Shown one piece after another: positions 20,752 through 29,880 of a DNA stretch of 64,000 nucleotides (position 1 is its first letter; each line of letters begins with the position of its first letter). The position numbers and the translations under genes were made by a program. The notes below the pieces were generated by a model that was not told the DNA's origin, ran no database searches, and worked only from the letters and a program-made list of their open reading frames with translations. This DNA comes from a virus, in IMG/VR virus record IMGVR_UViG_3300032334_000488, positions 1 through 64,000 of that record; one strand, given 5' to 3'.

Positions 20752-20922
20752 CTTATCTGATAACAGCAATTAACAGGGTGGGATTAGTATCTCACCCGTA
20801 GTTTACCATTTTCTTTTGGCGAGAGTACTTCGCAAAGTTAGCAGATGCATGATAGGTTCCCACACGCAATACTAAGCAACCCACAGAGGGGTATTTAGAC
20901 ATTTATAGAAATGGTAGGGGTT

Positions 20923-22956
20923 ATGACAACATTATCTTTCAAACTGACTGAGGATTTCATTGGACCGTATCGCTCCAAGAAGGCGCCGTTCGGTTACCAA
21001 GATGCAGCGGGCAACTCAGTAGGAGAGATTACTTTCTTGCGTACCTATTCTCGCCTCAAGGCAGATGGTACGAAGGAGACATGGGTTGATGTATGTGAAC
21101 GTGTGATTAACGGAATGTATTCTTTGCAGAAAGATCACGCAAAGACAAACCGCCTGCCATGGTCAGATGCAAAGGCAGCAGCCTCAGCCAAAGAAGCATT
21201 CGATCGCTTATGGAACTTGAAGTGGACACCCCCAGGACGTGGTCTCTGGGTAATGGGAACTCCACTGGTCAATGAGCAACGCAACTCAGCAGCACTTCAG
21301 AACTGTGCTTTTGTTTCAACTGGCTCCATGGTCAAGACAGACCCAGCCAAGCCATTCGCATTCCTTATGGAAGCATCAATGCTCGGAGTGGGCGTTGGCT
21401 TTGATGACAAGGGAGCAGACAAGGACTTTGTTATTTATGCACCACAAGGAGATTACGCCTATGACATCCCAGACACCAGAGAAGGTTGGGTTGAATCAAC
21501 AGCCGCCCTCATCAATTCCTACCTCAAGCCAGATACGAAGGCTCCAGTATTTAATTACGAAGCGATCCGTCCAGCGGGTGAACCAATCCGCACCTTCGGT
21601 GGAACCGCAGCAGGAGCAGACCCTCTAATCAAACTGCACCAGTACATCCACGAACTGTTCAAGGATCGTGCTGGTCAGAAGTTAACTCGTCGTGACATTG
21701 CAGACATTGGCAACATGATCGGGGTATGCGTTGTCTCTGGCAACGTCCGTCGCTCTGCTGAACTATTGATTGGTCGCATCGATGATGAAGAGTTCTTGAA
21801 CCTAAAGAACTACGAGAAGTATCCAGAGCGCCTTACTCATGGCTGGATGTCTAACAACTCTGTGGCTGTCAACGTGGGAGATAACCTCGATGGAATCATC
21901 GAAGGTATTGCTCGTAACGGAGAGCCAGGAGTTATCTGGATGGACATCTCCAAGCAATACGGACGCCTTGCTGATCCAATCAACAACAAGGACTGGCGTA
22001 TTGCAGGGTACAACCCATGTGCTGAGCAATCATTAGAGTCATACGAATGCTGCACATTGGTAGAGACTTACCTCAATCGTCACACAGACCTTGAAGACTT
22101 TAAGCGCACATTGAAGTTCGCCTACCTCTATGCAAAGACTGTAACTCTTCTTCCAACTCACTGGGAAGAGACCAACGCAATCATGCAACGCAATCGTCGC
22201 ATTGGTACATCTGTCTCTGGTGTTGCAAACTTTGCAGACAACAAGGGACTTCCAGTTCTGCGTCAGTGGATGGATGAAGGCTACAAGGTCATCAAGTCAT
22301 ACGACACTAACTACTCAGAGTGGCTTGGTATCCGTGAGTCAATCAAGATGACAACAGTAAAGCCATCAGGAACAGTTTCAATTCTTGCTGGAGAATCTCC
22401 AGGAGTTCACTGGACTGTAGGTGGTCAGTACTTCAATCGTGCTATCCGCTTCTCTAACTCTGATCCAATGCTTCCGTTGTTCAAACTTGCTAACTACAGA
22501 GTAGAACCAGCAAGTGAGTCTCCTGATACCACTTCGGTTGTCTTCTTCCCTATCAAGTCAGAGGCTAAGCGAAGTGAGAAGGATGTAAGTATCTACGAGA
22601 AGATGGCACTTGCTGCTACTGCTCAACGCTACTGGTCAGACAACTCTGTCTCTGTAACAATCTCATTTGATCCAGAGAAGGAAGCCTCGGCTATTGGTAC
22701 GGCTTTGCACATGTACGATGGTCAACTTAAGACTGTCTCATTCTTGCCTAGTGGTAACCATGTCTATCCTCAGATGCCTTACACACAGATCACTGAGAAG
22801 GAGTACGAAGAGCAGGGCGTAATGCAACTGTTCCCGATTGACTTCTCTGGTGTCTATGCAGGAATGGCTTCGGACGCAGTGGGCGAGGCTTACTGCGTGA
22901 CGGACGCATGTGAAGTAAAACTTATTATGGAGAACACTAAGGATACTAACAACTAA
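20923..22956 (+). CDS. nrdJ: class II (adenosylcobalamin-dependent) ribonucleotide reductase
   Basis: FLRTYSR, PPGRGLW, LQNCAF, GNVRRSA, NPCAE, TTVKPSGT, C-terminal C....C. Confidence 0.93.
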   Translation: MTTLSFKLTEDFIGPYRSKKAPFGYQDAAGNSVGEITFLRTYSRLKADGTKETWVDVCERVINGMYSLQKDHAKTNRLPWSDAKAAASAKEAFDRLWNLKWTPPGRGLWVMGTPLVNEQRNSAALQNCAFVSTGSMVKTDPAKPFAFLMEASMLGVGVGFDDKGADKDFVIYAPQGDYAYDIPDTREGWVESTAALINSYLKPDTKAPVFNYEAIRPAGEPIRTFGGTAAGADPLIKLHQYIHELFKDRAGQKLTRRDIADIGNMIGVCVVSGNVRRSAELLIGRIDDEEFLNLKNYEKYPERLTHGWMSNNSVAVNVGDNLDGIIEGIARNGEPGVIWMDISKQYGRLADPINNKDWRIAGYNPCAEQSLESYECCTLVETYLNRHTDLEDFKRTLKFAYLYAKTVTLLPTHWEETNAIMQRNRRIGTSVSGVANFADNKGLPVLRQWMDEGYKVIKSYDTNYSEWLGIRESIKMTTVKPSGTVSILAGESPGVHWTVGGQYFNRAIRFSNSDPMLPLFKLANYRVEPASESPDTTSVVFFPIKSEAKRSEKDVSIYEKMALAATAQRYWSDNSVSVTISFDPEKEASAIGTALHMYDGQLKTVSFLPSGNHVYPQMPYTQITEKEYEEQGVMQLFPIDFSGVYAGMASDAVGEAYCVTDACEVKLIMENTKDTNN

Positions 22957-22977
22957 TTCTTGCGATACACTGACGGT

Positions 22978-23418
22978 ATGAACAGATTATGCCGTCAGTG
23001 TAAGCAAGATAAACCTATTGAAGATTTTTACGAAGATCGTCGGGTTAAAGCCGATGGTCGTAGGGCTAAATGTATTGCTTGTCTGACCAATGGCAGACCA
23101 CCAGGACCTGTTGCTATGAACCCACTTACTCGTCACACTATTGATGCTAAGGGCTGTCACATCTGGTCTGGTTCTGTGCATAAATCTGGTTATGGAAGCA
23201 TTAAGTGGAATGGTAAGGCTACTGTTGCTCATAGAGTTATCTACTCCCTTGTTAAAGGGGAGATTCTTCAAGGACAAGTTATCGATCATCTTTGTAATGT
23301 AAAACTTTGTGTTAATCCAGATCATCTTGAAGCAGTTTCCTATTCAACTAACACCCAAAGGGCTTGGGATCGTCAACATTGCTCTACCTGTACTTGTATT
23401 AACTTAACTCCTTCTTAA
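22978..23418 (+). CDS. HNH endonuclease
   Basis: CHIW.G...GYG...AHR...IDHLC...CVNPDHLE; leaderless TACACT-6nt-ATG. Confidence 0.88.
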   Translation: MNRLCRQCKQDKPIEDFYEDRRVKADGRRAKCIACLTNGRPPGPVAMNPLTRHTIDAKGCHIWSGSVHKSGYGSIKWNGKATVAHRVIYSLVKGEILQGQVIDHLCNVKLCVNPDHLEAVSYSTNTQRAWDRQHCSTCTCINLTPS

Positions 23419-23617
23419 TAGCCTGAATAGTTGGACAGGGATACAAATCTTGGCAAGCCCAGCAAGTTTCATCAGGTAAAGCGTGAATGATTGGCTTATG
23501 TAATTCCACTACTGCACGAAGGGCATTGGTGTTTGCAAGTAATTTTTCAAATAAATGTTCGTGCTTCAAGCCGTTGGTTGAATCATCTATGTAGGCAATT
23601 AACTCATCGTGTGTCAT
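23399..23617 (-). CDS. hypothetical phage protein
   Basis: ALRAVVELHKP...C..C...YPCPT; SD AGGAG. Confidence 0.7.
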   Translation of the reverse strand: MTHDELIAYIDDSTNGLKHEHLFEKLLANTNALRAVVELHKPIIHALPDETCWACQDLYPCPTIQAIKKELS

Positions 23618-23653
23618 TATTACTCTCCTTTTGGTAGGGCTTTTGCTATTGCT

Positions 23654-24121
23654 TTAGCAATCGCACTCTTCTCCTGACTGCAGAATGCCTTCACCTTGGC
23701 ACTTATAACATGCTTCTGGTATGGCTTTGCAATCAGGCTCATGGTTTTTAATTATCTCGTTTACATACCCTGCCGTTGAAATCTTCTCTGCATCTGTTTG
23801 GTGAAGCCAATCCCAGATGTGCTGGTCTATTCTCAGATTGCATTGAGGACAGGGCAACACAATGTTCTTCTTCTCTTCACTGCCGCTAATGTAGGTGCTG
23901 ATTCTCCAGCCCAACTGAACTAACTTTCGCCAAAAGAGTCCTTCTACTTCAGTATCAGTAAGAGGCTTCTGTCTCCAAGGCTTATCGGTAAAGGGCAGTT
24001 CATCTTGAACCCACTGCTTGTCCTTTTGGTATGGCTTTGGAAACTGCTCTTGCTTCTGGTATGGCTTTGCTTTCTTTGGCTGGTCTGACTGCCAGTCGTG
24101 AATACTTCTGCCTTCCGCCAT
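23654..24121 (-). CDS. hypothetical zinc-finger protein
   Basis: CPQC, CYKC.G.G. Confidence 0.65.
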   Translation of the reverse strand: MAEGRSIHDWQSDQPKKAKPYQKQEQFPKPYQKDKQWVQDELPFTDKPWRQKPLTDTEVEGLFWRKLVQLGWRISTYISGSEEKKNIVLPCPQCNLRIDQHIWDWLHQTDAEKISTAGYVNEIIKNHEPDCKAIPEACYKCQGEGILQSGEECDC

Positions 24122-24178
24122 CTTGCTCCCCTAACTAACTAACTTCACCTGGCTGCCAGGTAGAGTTACTTCGAAGAT

Positions 24179-24202
24179 AGCCCCGCCATTTCTGACGGGG
24201 CT
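24179..24202 (-). terminator. stem-loop after recombinase/transglycosylase operon
   Basis: agccccgcca...tgacggggct. Confidence 0.55.
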
Positions 24203-24213
24203 TCTCCTATTGC

Positions 24214-24798
24214 TTATGCTGTTCTTCCTAGTGCTTTCGCTTTCGCTTTTGCTAGGGCTTTTGCATGTGCTTCAGGGAATTGCTTCAGCCACTTCTTAAC
24301 CACTGGGTTGCTGATGCCCTTCCATGATCTCCAGTCTTTGCCTTTTGCGCTCATGAAGTAAGCGATCTTGGCGTTCACCACAGGATTCAACAGTTGAGCG
24401 TTGTACTCTAAATTGAACTTTTCCCTGCGATCTTGTCCCAATGAGTTAATCATGTTGACTTGGAACAACCCAAATGAGTTATCCCCTGTCTTACGATTGC
24501 CGTTATGGGAGAGAGGGTTTCCATGTGATTCTTTCATAGCGATTGCCCACGCATAGCGTAAGGCTTTGCCTTGAAACCCAACTGCGTGCAACAGGTCAAC
24601 CAACTCAGTCTTAGTGAGGTGGTCGGCGTTATTGAACGGGGCTAGGGCTCGCTCTTGGTATTGCTTCTGCAAGACTTGCGCTTCGGCTCTTGAAGGTGAG
24701 AAGGCTGGTGGCATTACCACTAACCCACTACCAACAAACATCGCCGTAAATAGCGATCCGAATACGATCTTGCCTCTTCTTGTTAGATTCATCATCAC
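24214..24798 (-). CDS. membrane-anchored/secreted lytic transglycosylase (lysozyme-like)
   Basis: N-terminal hydrophobic helix; AIAMKES.GN, GLFQVN, NP..NA..A, W..W. Confidence 0.85.
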   Translation of the reverse strand: MMMNLTRRGKIVFGSLFTAMFVGSGLVVMPPAFSPSRAEAQVLQKQYQERALAPFNNADHLTKTELVDLLHAVGFQGKALRYAWAIAMKESHGNPLSHNGNRKTGDNSFGLFQVNMINSLGQDRREKFNLEYNAQLLNPVVNAKIAYFMSAKGKDWRSWKGISNPVVKKWLKQFPEAHAKALAKAKAKALGRTA

Positions 24799-26057
24799 TC
24801 CAAAAAGTCATTGACACTTTCTGATGCCTTTGACTGGTTGTGACGAAGGCGATGTAGGTATCGCTCTGTCGTCTTTATCGACTGATGCCCTAAGCGTTCC
24901 TTGACCTCATGCACATCTACCCCGCTTTTTAGAAGTTGGGTAGCGTTAGCGTGTCTGAGGTCATGGGTTCTAGGACTCCAGCCGATGCCTGACTTGGCTA
25001 TTGCCTTGTTCCATGTAGTTCTCCATACATCTCGTGGTAGGTGGCTCGTATGGTCGATGAACCTCTGTTGCTTTTGGTATGGCTTTGTCTTTTGCCTGTG
25101 CTTTCGCACCGACTCTCGACAAGCCTCGCATCGGCAACGCCCATGTGTATAGGCGTACAGAGTTCCATGCTGGAACAGTTTTCCGTCTTTGGCGAATGGT
25201 CGCCTAGACATTTCTCCACGAGAAGTCTCTAGTTTACCTGTTGTTAAGATGATCGTTCTTGGGAACAACAGGTCATCTTTTGATAGGGCTTTTGCTATGA
25301 CATAGCCCTGAATCTCTTGTAGTAGGGCTTTGCTTAACATAAGGCTTCGCTTATGACCCGACTTTGTGGCTTCTACGACTAGAAACCTACTGGTATGGCT
25401 TGCCCCTAGATCGCTGACTCGCCTTTGGACATAGACCTCGCCTGTCTTTAGGTTGATGTCTTTGACCCTGAGTTCTGTGGCTTCTCCGAATCGGCAACCT
25501 GATGCGACTAGGAATCGGGCGAATAACTGCGCCCCCTCAGTCGGTAGGTGCTGGATAATCGCCTTAAACTCTTCGGGCTCAACAACATTGGCGATGTCAG
25601 AATGCTTCGCCTTAATACGAATCCCATGTGTAGGGTTCTGAGTTAATTCTCCTGTATCGACTAACTGGGAGAGGGCAGACCCTAGCGATGCCTTGATCTG
25701 ATTGAGGGTGGCTGAACCTATCCCCTGACCCCTGAGGGCTTGAAGTAACTCTTGAATCGCCCGTCTATCGATCGAAGTTACTTTGCGATCTCCGAGGGCT
25801 GGCAGGACATAGCGATCAAGGACTGACCGATAGCCCTTGCGAGTGATCGGCATGAGATCGGCGGTCGGAAGCCATGAATCGATGTAGGTCGATAGGGTAA
25901 ATACAGCCCTAGAAGGCTCGCTAACGCCCGATACCTCTGCTTTTGAGGCGTGATACATAGCATCGATCTTCGTGTCCCATGTACCTGCTGAGAGGCGTTT
26001 TCCGCCCTTTCGGTAATAGCCTGTAAACCTATCCCCACGCTTTACGACATAAGCCAT
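24795..26057 (-). CDS. tyrosine recombinase/integrase with zinc-finger insertion
   Basis: GCRFGE, TKSG, HDLRH, LGH, TERY; inserted HGT...CRCEAC. Confidence 0.92.
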   Translation of the reverse strand: MAYVVKRGDRFTGYYRKGGKRLSAGTWDTKIDAMYHASKAEVSGVSEPSRAVFTLSTYIDSWLPTADLMPITRKGYRSVLDRYVLPALGDRKVTSIDRRAIQELLQALRGQGIGSATLNQIKASLGSALSQLVDTGELTQNPTHGIRIKAKHSDIANVVEPEEFKAIIQHLPTEGAQLFARFLVASGCRFGEATELRVKDINLKTGEVYVQRRVSDLGASHTSRFLVVEATKSGHKRSLMLSKALLQEIQGYVIAKALSKDDLLFPRTIILTTGKLETSRGEMSRRPFAKDGKLFQHGTLYAYTHGRCRCEACRESVRKHRQKTKPYQKQQRFIDHTSHLPRDVWRTTWNKAIAKSGIGWSPRTHDLRHANATQLLKSGVDVHEVKERLGHQSIKTTERYLHRLRHNQSKASESVNDFLE

Positions 26058-26071
26058 GATTCCCCCCTTCC

Positions 26072-26104
26072 ATGTTACTGGTGAGTAATGTTACTGGTGA
26101 GTAA
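26072..26104. repeat. tandem 16 bp repeat, each unit containing TTACT-GGTG-AGTAA
   Basis: atgttactggtgagta x2 just upstream of recombinase start. Confidence 0.85.
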
Positions 26105-26114
26105 CTTCGAATGC

Positions 26115-26150
26115 AAAAAATAGCCCCTAGCCCGATTAGGGGCTAGGGGC
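26115..26150 (-). terminator. intrinsic terminator of early operon
   Basis: gcccctagccc / gggctaggggc stem with A-run on + (U-tract on minus). Confidence 0.75.
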
Positions 26151-26232
26151 GATAGTGACTGTGGGCTTAGGGAATCTGCTTATGTGCGCTTGAAGTAACT
26201 TCTACCAGCCCCAGATCAGGGCTGAAAGTTAG

Positions 26233-26463
26233 TTAGGGATAAAGAATCTCTTCCCAATCCGAATCTTCAAGATCAAGTAACTCGGTAGGCAGAACCTTCC
26301 AGCGATCATCGATCGCAATAAAGTCCTCATTGATAAACCAATCAACATCAACGCCCCACTCACCAATAAATAATTTAGCGGTGTAGGTGTTTCCATTCAT
26401 TGGAAACTCAATCAAGTGTTCTGATGCGGTGTTTGCGCTACTAACAATTACATGAGCGACCAT
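26233..26463 (-). CDS. acidic hypothetical protein
   Basis: ORF track. Confidence 0.55.
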   Translation of the reverse strand: MVAHVIVSSANTASEHLIEFPMNGNTYTAKLFIGEWGVDVDWFINEDFIAIDDRWKVLPTELLDLEDSDWEEILYP

Positions 26464-26467
26464 TTAT

Positions 26468-26659
26468 TTATTTCTCCATTTCTATTTGTGTTGTTCGATA
26501 AGAGTTCCACTCATCGATTGTTTCTTGCTTCCATAGTGGTCGATTGCCGATCATGTGATCGGGGTCGGGAAGGGTGTTTCGCTTTCGATAGGTGTAGATC
26601 GTGTCGATCTTTAGCCCTGTTTGTTGCGCGATGTCGGTAGTAGTGAGCCAGTCCTTCAA
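26468..26659 (-). CDS. AlpA/excisionase-like HTH protein
   Basis: WLTTTDIA...TIYTY....LP.PD...G..PLW. Confidence 0.78.
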   Translation of the reverse strand: MKDWLTTTDIAQQTGLKIDTIYTYRKRNTLPDPDHMIGNRPLWKQETIDEWNSYRTTQIEMEK

Positions 26660-27141
26660 TTCGATGCACCAGTTTTCTGTTTAGTTTCATTAGGTTTTTT
26701 TCCAATCGTAAACATTTTGAAATCGCCAAGCATTCGATCGAACCATAAATAAGGAAGATCGTTTTCAACATTGAAGTTGTAGTAATCAGCATCTTTGCGA
26801 TTTAAGTTGCTCTGATGAGATTGATGAAATGACGAATCACCTAACCACACAGGCACTTCGCATTCAGGTAGTAACGAATGAACGGCAACGAATCGATCGA
26901 GCATGGTGTCTTTGTAACCACGATCAATCCACTCTTTGCAGATTGCGATTCCGTATTCACACAGAAGTCGTTCATGTCCACGCCACATCTTTGTAGCAGG
27001 GTGATTAGTCCAGCCCTTAGTCTCACCACGCAACGCTTGAAGTATTTGCCACGCCTCTACTCGTTGCTTGCCTAATCGTTTGTAATCGAGTGCTTTAGCA
27101 GTCTCTACGAAGTCAGGGAAAGGTAAGAATGTATTAACCAT
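26656..27141 (-). CDS. pyrimidine-dimer DNA glycosylase-like protein (DenV/MSMEG_6728-like)
   Basis: TFLP.PDF...A..LD.KRLGKQRVE, HPA..MW, H.SH.SNL.RKD. Confidence 0.85.
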   Translation of the reverse strand: MVNTFLPFPDFVETAKALDYKRLGKQRVEAWQILQALRGETKGWTNHPATKMWRGHERLLCEYGIAICKEWIDRGYKDTMLDRFVAVHSLLPECEVPVWLGDSSFHQSHQSNLNRKDADYYNFNVENDLPYLWFDRMLGDFKMFTIGKKPNETKQKTGASN

Positions 27142-27328
27142 TTGTAACCTCATCTAGTGTGTGCTTGATGAAATCATCGATTACTTCCCACATAGTGTCA
27201 TTGGTAGTAAGCCATTCTCTGATCTTTGCCCACTCATCGTCAGTAAGTACTCTCCCTACTAGTTGAGTTGCTTCTTCACGAGTAAATAGCACGATGTCAT
27301 TTGGATTAAGCATTAGTTGTCCCTTCAT
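27134..27328 (-). CDS. hypothetical early protein
   Basis: ORF track. Confidence 0.55.
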   Translation of the reverse strand: MKGQLMLNPNDIVLFTREEATQLVGRVLTDDEWAKIREWLTTNDTMWEVIDDFIKHTLDEVTNG

Positions 27329-27591
27329 AGTCCCAGTTTGATTTAACCCAGTTAAGTGCAGATAACCAATTAGTTAGATTTTCTTTGCCGAGATAAGGAA
27401 ACTCATTGGCTTTTAGTTCATGTTCGATGAACGCAATTTCGTAATTGATGTCCTCAATAGTTTTCATTACTGATCTCCATTCATGTCGTTATCGTGATCG
27501 ATGATGATTACCTCTATGTCACTAGGGCAACGAGTTACTTCTGCAACGCCACCATTGACCTCTATTACTACCTGATTTTTTGCATACATAA

Positions 27592-28008
27592 CTACAACGC
27601 CCTTTCTTGAATGTGTTGTGCATGAAGATCACACAAGATACTTCCTTTATCGTCACCTCTTGCATACCCTTCATACTTACAGATTTCGCAAGTGTGAACA
27701 GAACAACGATACTTTCCGTCAGTACCGATCTTTAATTCTTCGGGAGTATCCCAACCACAAAAATCGCACTCCAATCGTTTGCCGTCTAGTTTTTGATTCT
27801 CTAGCAAGCGTTCAAGTCGTGCAATCTTTCTTTCTAATTCAAGATTAGTAAGAGTAGTTCCATGTTCTTTGGGAGGTTTAATTCCTAACTTCTCACACTC
27901 TTCTACAAGTGTTTCTCGATACTCCTGTGCATAACGCAGAGATAGTCGTTGCTTTGCACGAGAGACTGCTTTGTTACGAAGTTTTTTATCTTGTTCGTTT
28001 AGTTCCAT
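27592..28008 (-). CDS. coiled-coil + zinc-finger protein
   Basis: CDFC, CSVH, CEIC, CDLH. Confidence 0.65.
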   Translation of the reverse strand: MELNEQDKKLRNKAVSRAKQRLSLRYAQEYRETLVEECEKLGIKPPKEHGTTLTNLELERKIARLERLLENQKLDGKRLECDFCGWDTPEELKIGTDGKYRCSVHTCEICKYEGYARGDDKGSILCDLHAQHIQERAL

Positions 28009-28283
28009 TAGTATTCTCCAATCACAGACACATACTGACGATACTTTCGATTCTCTCTACGGCGTAGCAACGCTCTCTCGTGATCTGTTAGACCACCGAA
28101 GATGCCGTACTGAACACCATTCTCTAGTGCGAATGTCAGACACTTATTCTTTGTGACCGCATCGCATTGACCACAGATTGATTTCGCTTCTCGAATCTTT
28201 TCATGCTCTGTTGGGTCAGGAAAAAAGATTTCAGGGTCGATACCTTTTGTCTGACATGGTGCATTGATAATCTCAATTTTCAT
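28008..28283 (-). CDS. whiB: WhiB-family transcription factor (second copy)
   Basis: C...DPEIFFP...AKSIC..C......CL...GIFGG. Confidence 0.9.
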   Translation of the reverse strand: MKIEIINAPCQTKGIDPEIFFPDPTEHEKIREAKSICGQCDAVTKNKCLTFALENGVQYGIFGGLTDHERALLRRRENRKYRQYVSVIGEY

Positions 28284-28614
28284 CTGTACTCCGATCTTTG
28301 TACTGCTCAGGATTTGCGATCACATAATTAACGAACGAGTCCATGACATTTGTTAAGTCCTCAGGTTCTAACTCTGCATACTTCAAAAGAATCTCGATCA
28401 TGTGCAGGAATCCCCAAATAAGCATTTCGGGTTCGATCTCTTTATCTTCCATAACAGAGTTCAAGTGTTCATTGGCTAGATACTCTTTTACCTCTTGCGG
28501 AAGGCTATCTTTGCGATCAGAATCTACTTTGAATCCACGAACGATCTTTAGAAACTCGTTAGCGATCGTGATCGATTTAATTAAATCAGTTTGGTGTGAT
28601 GATAGTTCAGCCAT
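28273..28614 (-). CDS. hypothetical early protein
   Basis: ORF track with SD. Confidence 0.6.
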   Translation of the reverse strand: MAELSSHQTDLIKSITIANEFLKIVRGFKVDSDRKDSLPQEVKEYLANEHLNSVMEDKEIEPEMLIWGFLHMIEILLKYAELEPEDLTNVMDSFVNYVIANPEQYKDRSTDEN

Positions 28615-28840
28615 TTAATTTCTCCTTTAATTGATTGAGGTGTTCCATGTCTTTTTCGTACCCTTTAATCATGTGACTTTCTACTTTACGAATGATCTCT
28701 CGTGACACTCCGTAACGACCTGCAACGCTTGCTAACGATTCACCATTTATTCGTGATGAAAGAATGTCGTAGAGTTCGCCTAAAGTAAATGGGTGTATTT
28801 TTGATTTGATTTTGTTGAAGTTTTTATTGTTTGAAAGCAT
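28607..28840 (-). CDS. sigma-70 region 4-like HTH protein
   Basis: SLASVAGRYGVSREIIRKVE. Confidence 0.6.
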   Translation of the reverse strand: MLSNNKNFNKIKSKIHPFTLGELYDILSSRINGESLASVAGRYGVSREIIRKVESHMIKGYEKDMEHLNQLKEKLNG

Positions 28841-28864
28841 TTGTAATCCTCTCTAGGTTATGGA

Positions 28865-28983
28865 ATCGAGTAGGGGCAGGTACGACTACGCCGTAACTAT
28901 CGAATGCGATCATGATCGCCCTTAGCAGGTAAGGAAGGGGAAATGATTAACCCCTATGAACCCTGCGTTGACCCCTACTCGAT
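28865..28983 (-). other. intergenic multibranch stem-loop
   Basis: 12 bp perfect closing stem atcgagtagggg/cccctactcgat with internal hairpins. Confidence 0.6.
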
Positions 28984-29157
28984 AAAGTTATTTTCTTATT
29001 ACTTTCTGAACACAGTTAAAGCAGAACCACAACACATTCTGACCGCTTGAATCAGTTATGTATTTACCTGATGAAGTAACTTCATCATTGTTGCAATCAT
29101 CGCAATTAGTTAGTTCGTGAGGTTGTACTTCACGAATGATCTGTGCGTATCCCATTG

Positions 29158-29343
29158 TTACACCTCTTCAATCTTCCCAGTTTGTTTGTACAACGCTTGT
29201 GCGAGTCTTGTTCCTTTTCTAACTCTTGGAGTTGCAGTTGACTTTACATCGCACCATACGAATCCCTCTTGGTGTCTAGTGATCTGACCAAGTATCTCGA
29301 ACCATTGTTCATCGACCTCAGCAGTTATTGTGTATTTAGCCAT
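29158..29343 (-). CDS. hypothetical early protein
   Basis: ORF track, SD GGAG. Confidence 0.55.
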   Translation of the reverse strand: MAKYTITAEVDEQWFEILGQITRHQEGFVWCDVKSTATPRVRKGTRLAQALYKQTGKIEEV

Positions 29344-29479
29344 GAGTTATCTCCCCTGCAAACAAGGTTCACAGATTAAGTATCCTTCTTTTGCATACAT
29401 TTCATTGACATCGTGCTGATCTCCACACTCGAAACAATCTCGAATGTGACGATACTTTTTGTCTAACAGTTTTGATTGT

Positions 29480-29713
29480 CTAAGAGTTATTGGCATCTAA
29501 ATCTCCTTCATCTAGCATTTTTGCATTCTGCCAAACAGTATCGTTGACATGACCCACACAGACATCGAGTGCATCATCACAGATGTTAATAGCATCGTCT
29601 GACAGTTCCTCGAAGTCTCTCGAATCCCACCAAGTAACTACGAGTGTCTCATCGAGTGCATTCCCATAGTTGCGTTGCAGAATCTCGATCGTCTCTTTTA
29701 CAGTTGCGATCAT
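29480..29713 (-). CDS. hypothetical early protein
   Basis: ORF track, SD AGGAG. Confidence 0.55.
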   Translation of the reverse strand: MIATVKETIEILQRNYGNALDETLVVTWWDSRDFEELSDDAINICDDALDVCVGHVNDTVWQNAKMLDEGDLDANNS

Positions 29714-29880
29714 TTATTTTCTCCTGTCACTTCATCGATCATCTTTGTACATGAGCCATAGCCCAACCAGTTGCCACCCTCGCCTACATAGCAGACATCA
29801 CGAGTTGCATAAGTAAATAACGACAACACAATAAGTGCAGGAATGATTACCAGCACAATCCAACCTCTACGAGTTAACAA

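Larger units (their letters stand above)
23628..25403 (-). repeat. dispersed polar motif GCAAA(A)GCC(A/C)TACCA(A/G)AAG, nine copies
   Basis: Copies start (+ coordinates) at 23628, 23713, 24023, 24053, 24246, 25071, 25277, 25316, 25387; all same orientation. Confidence 0.8.

Noticed and set aside
23628-25403. CRISPR array from the repeated motif
   Set aside because: Irregular spacing, degenerate copies inside intact genes; the Cas4-like nuclease at 9933 is a common stand-alone phage gene
28865-28983. Hammerhead ribozyme
   Set aside because: Minus strand reads CUGCUAAG...CGAUAG, not CUGANGA...GAAA
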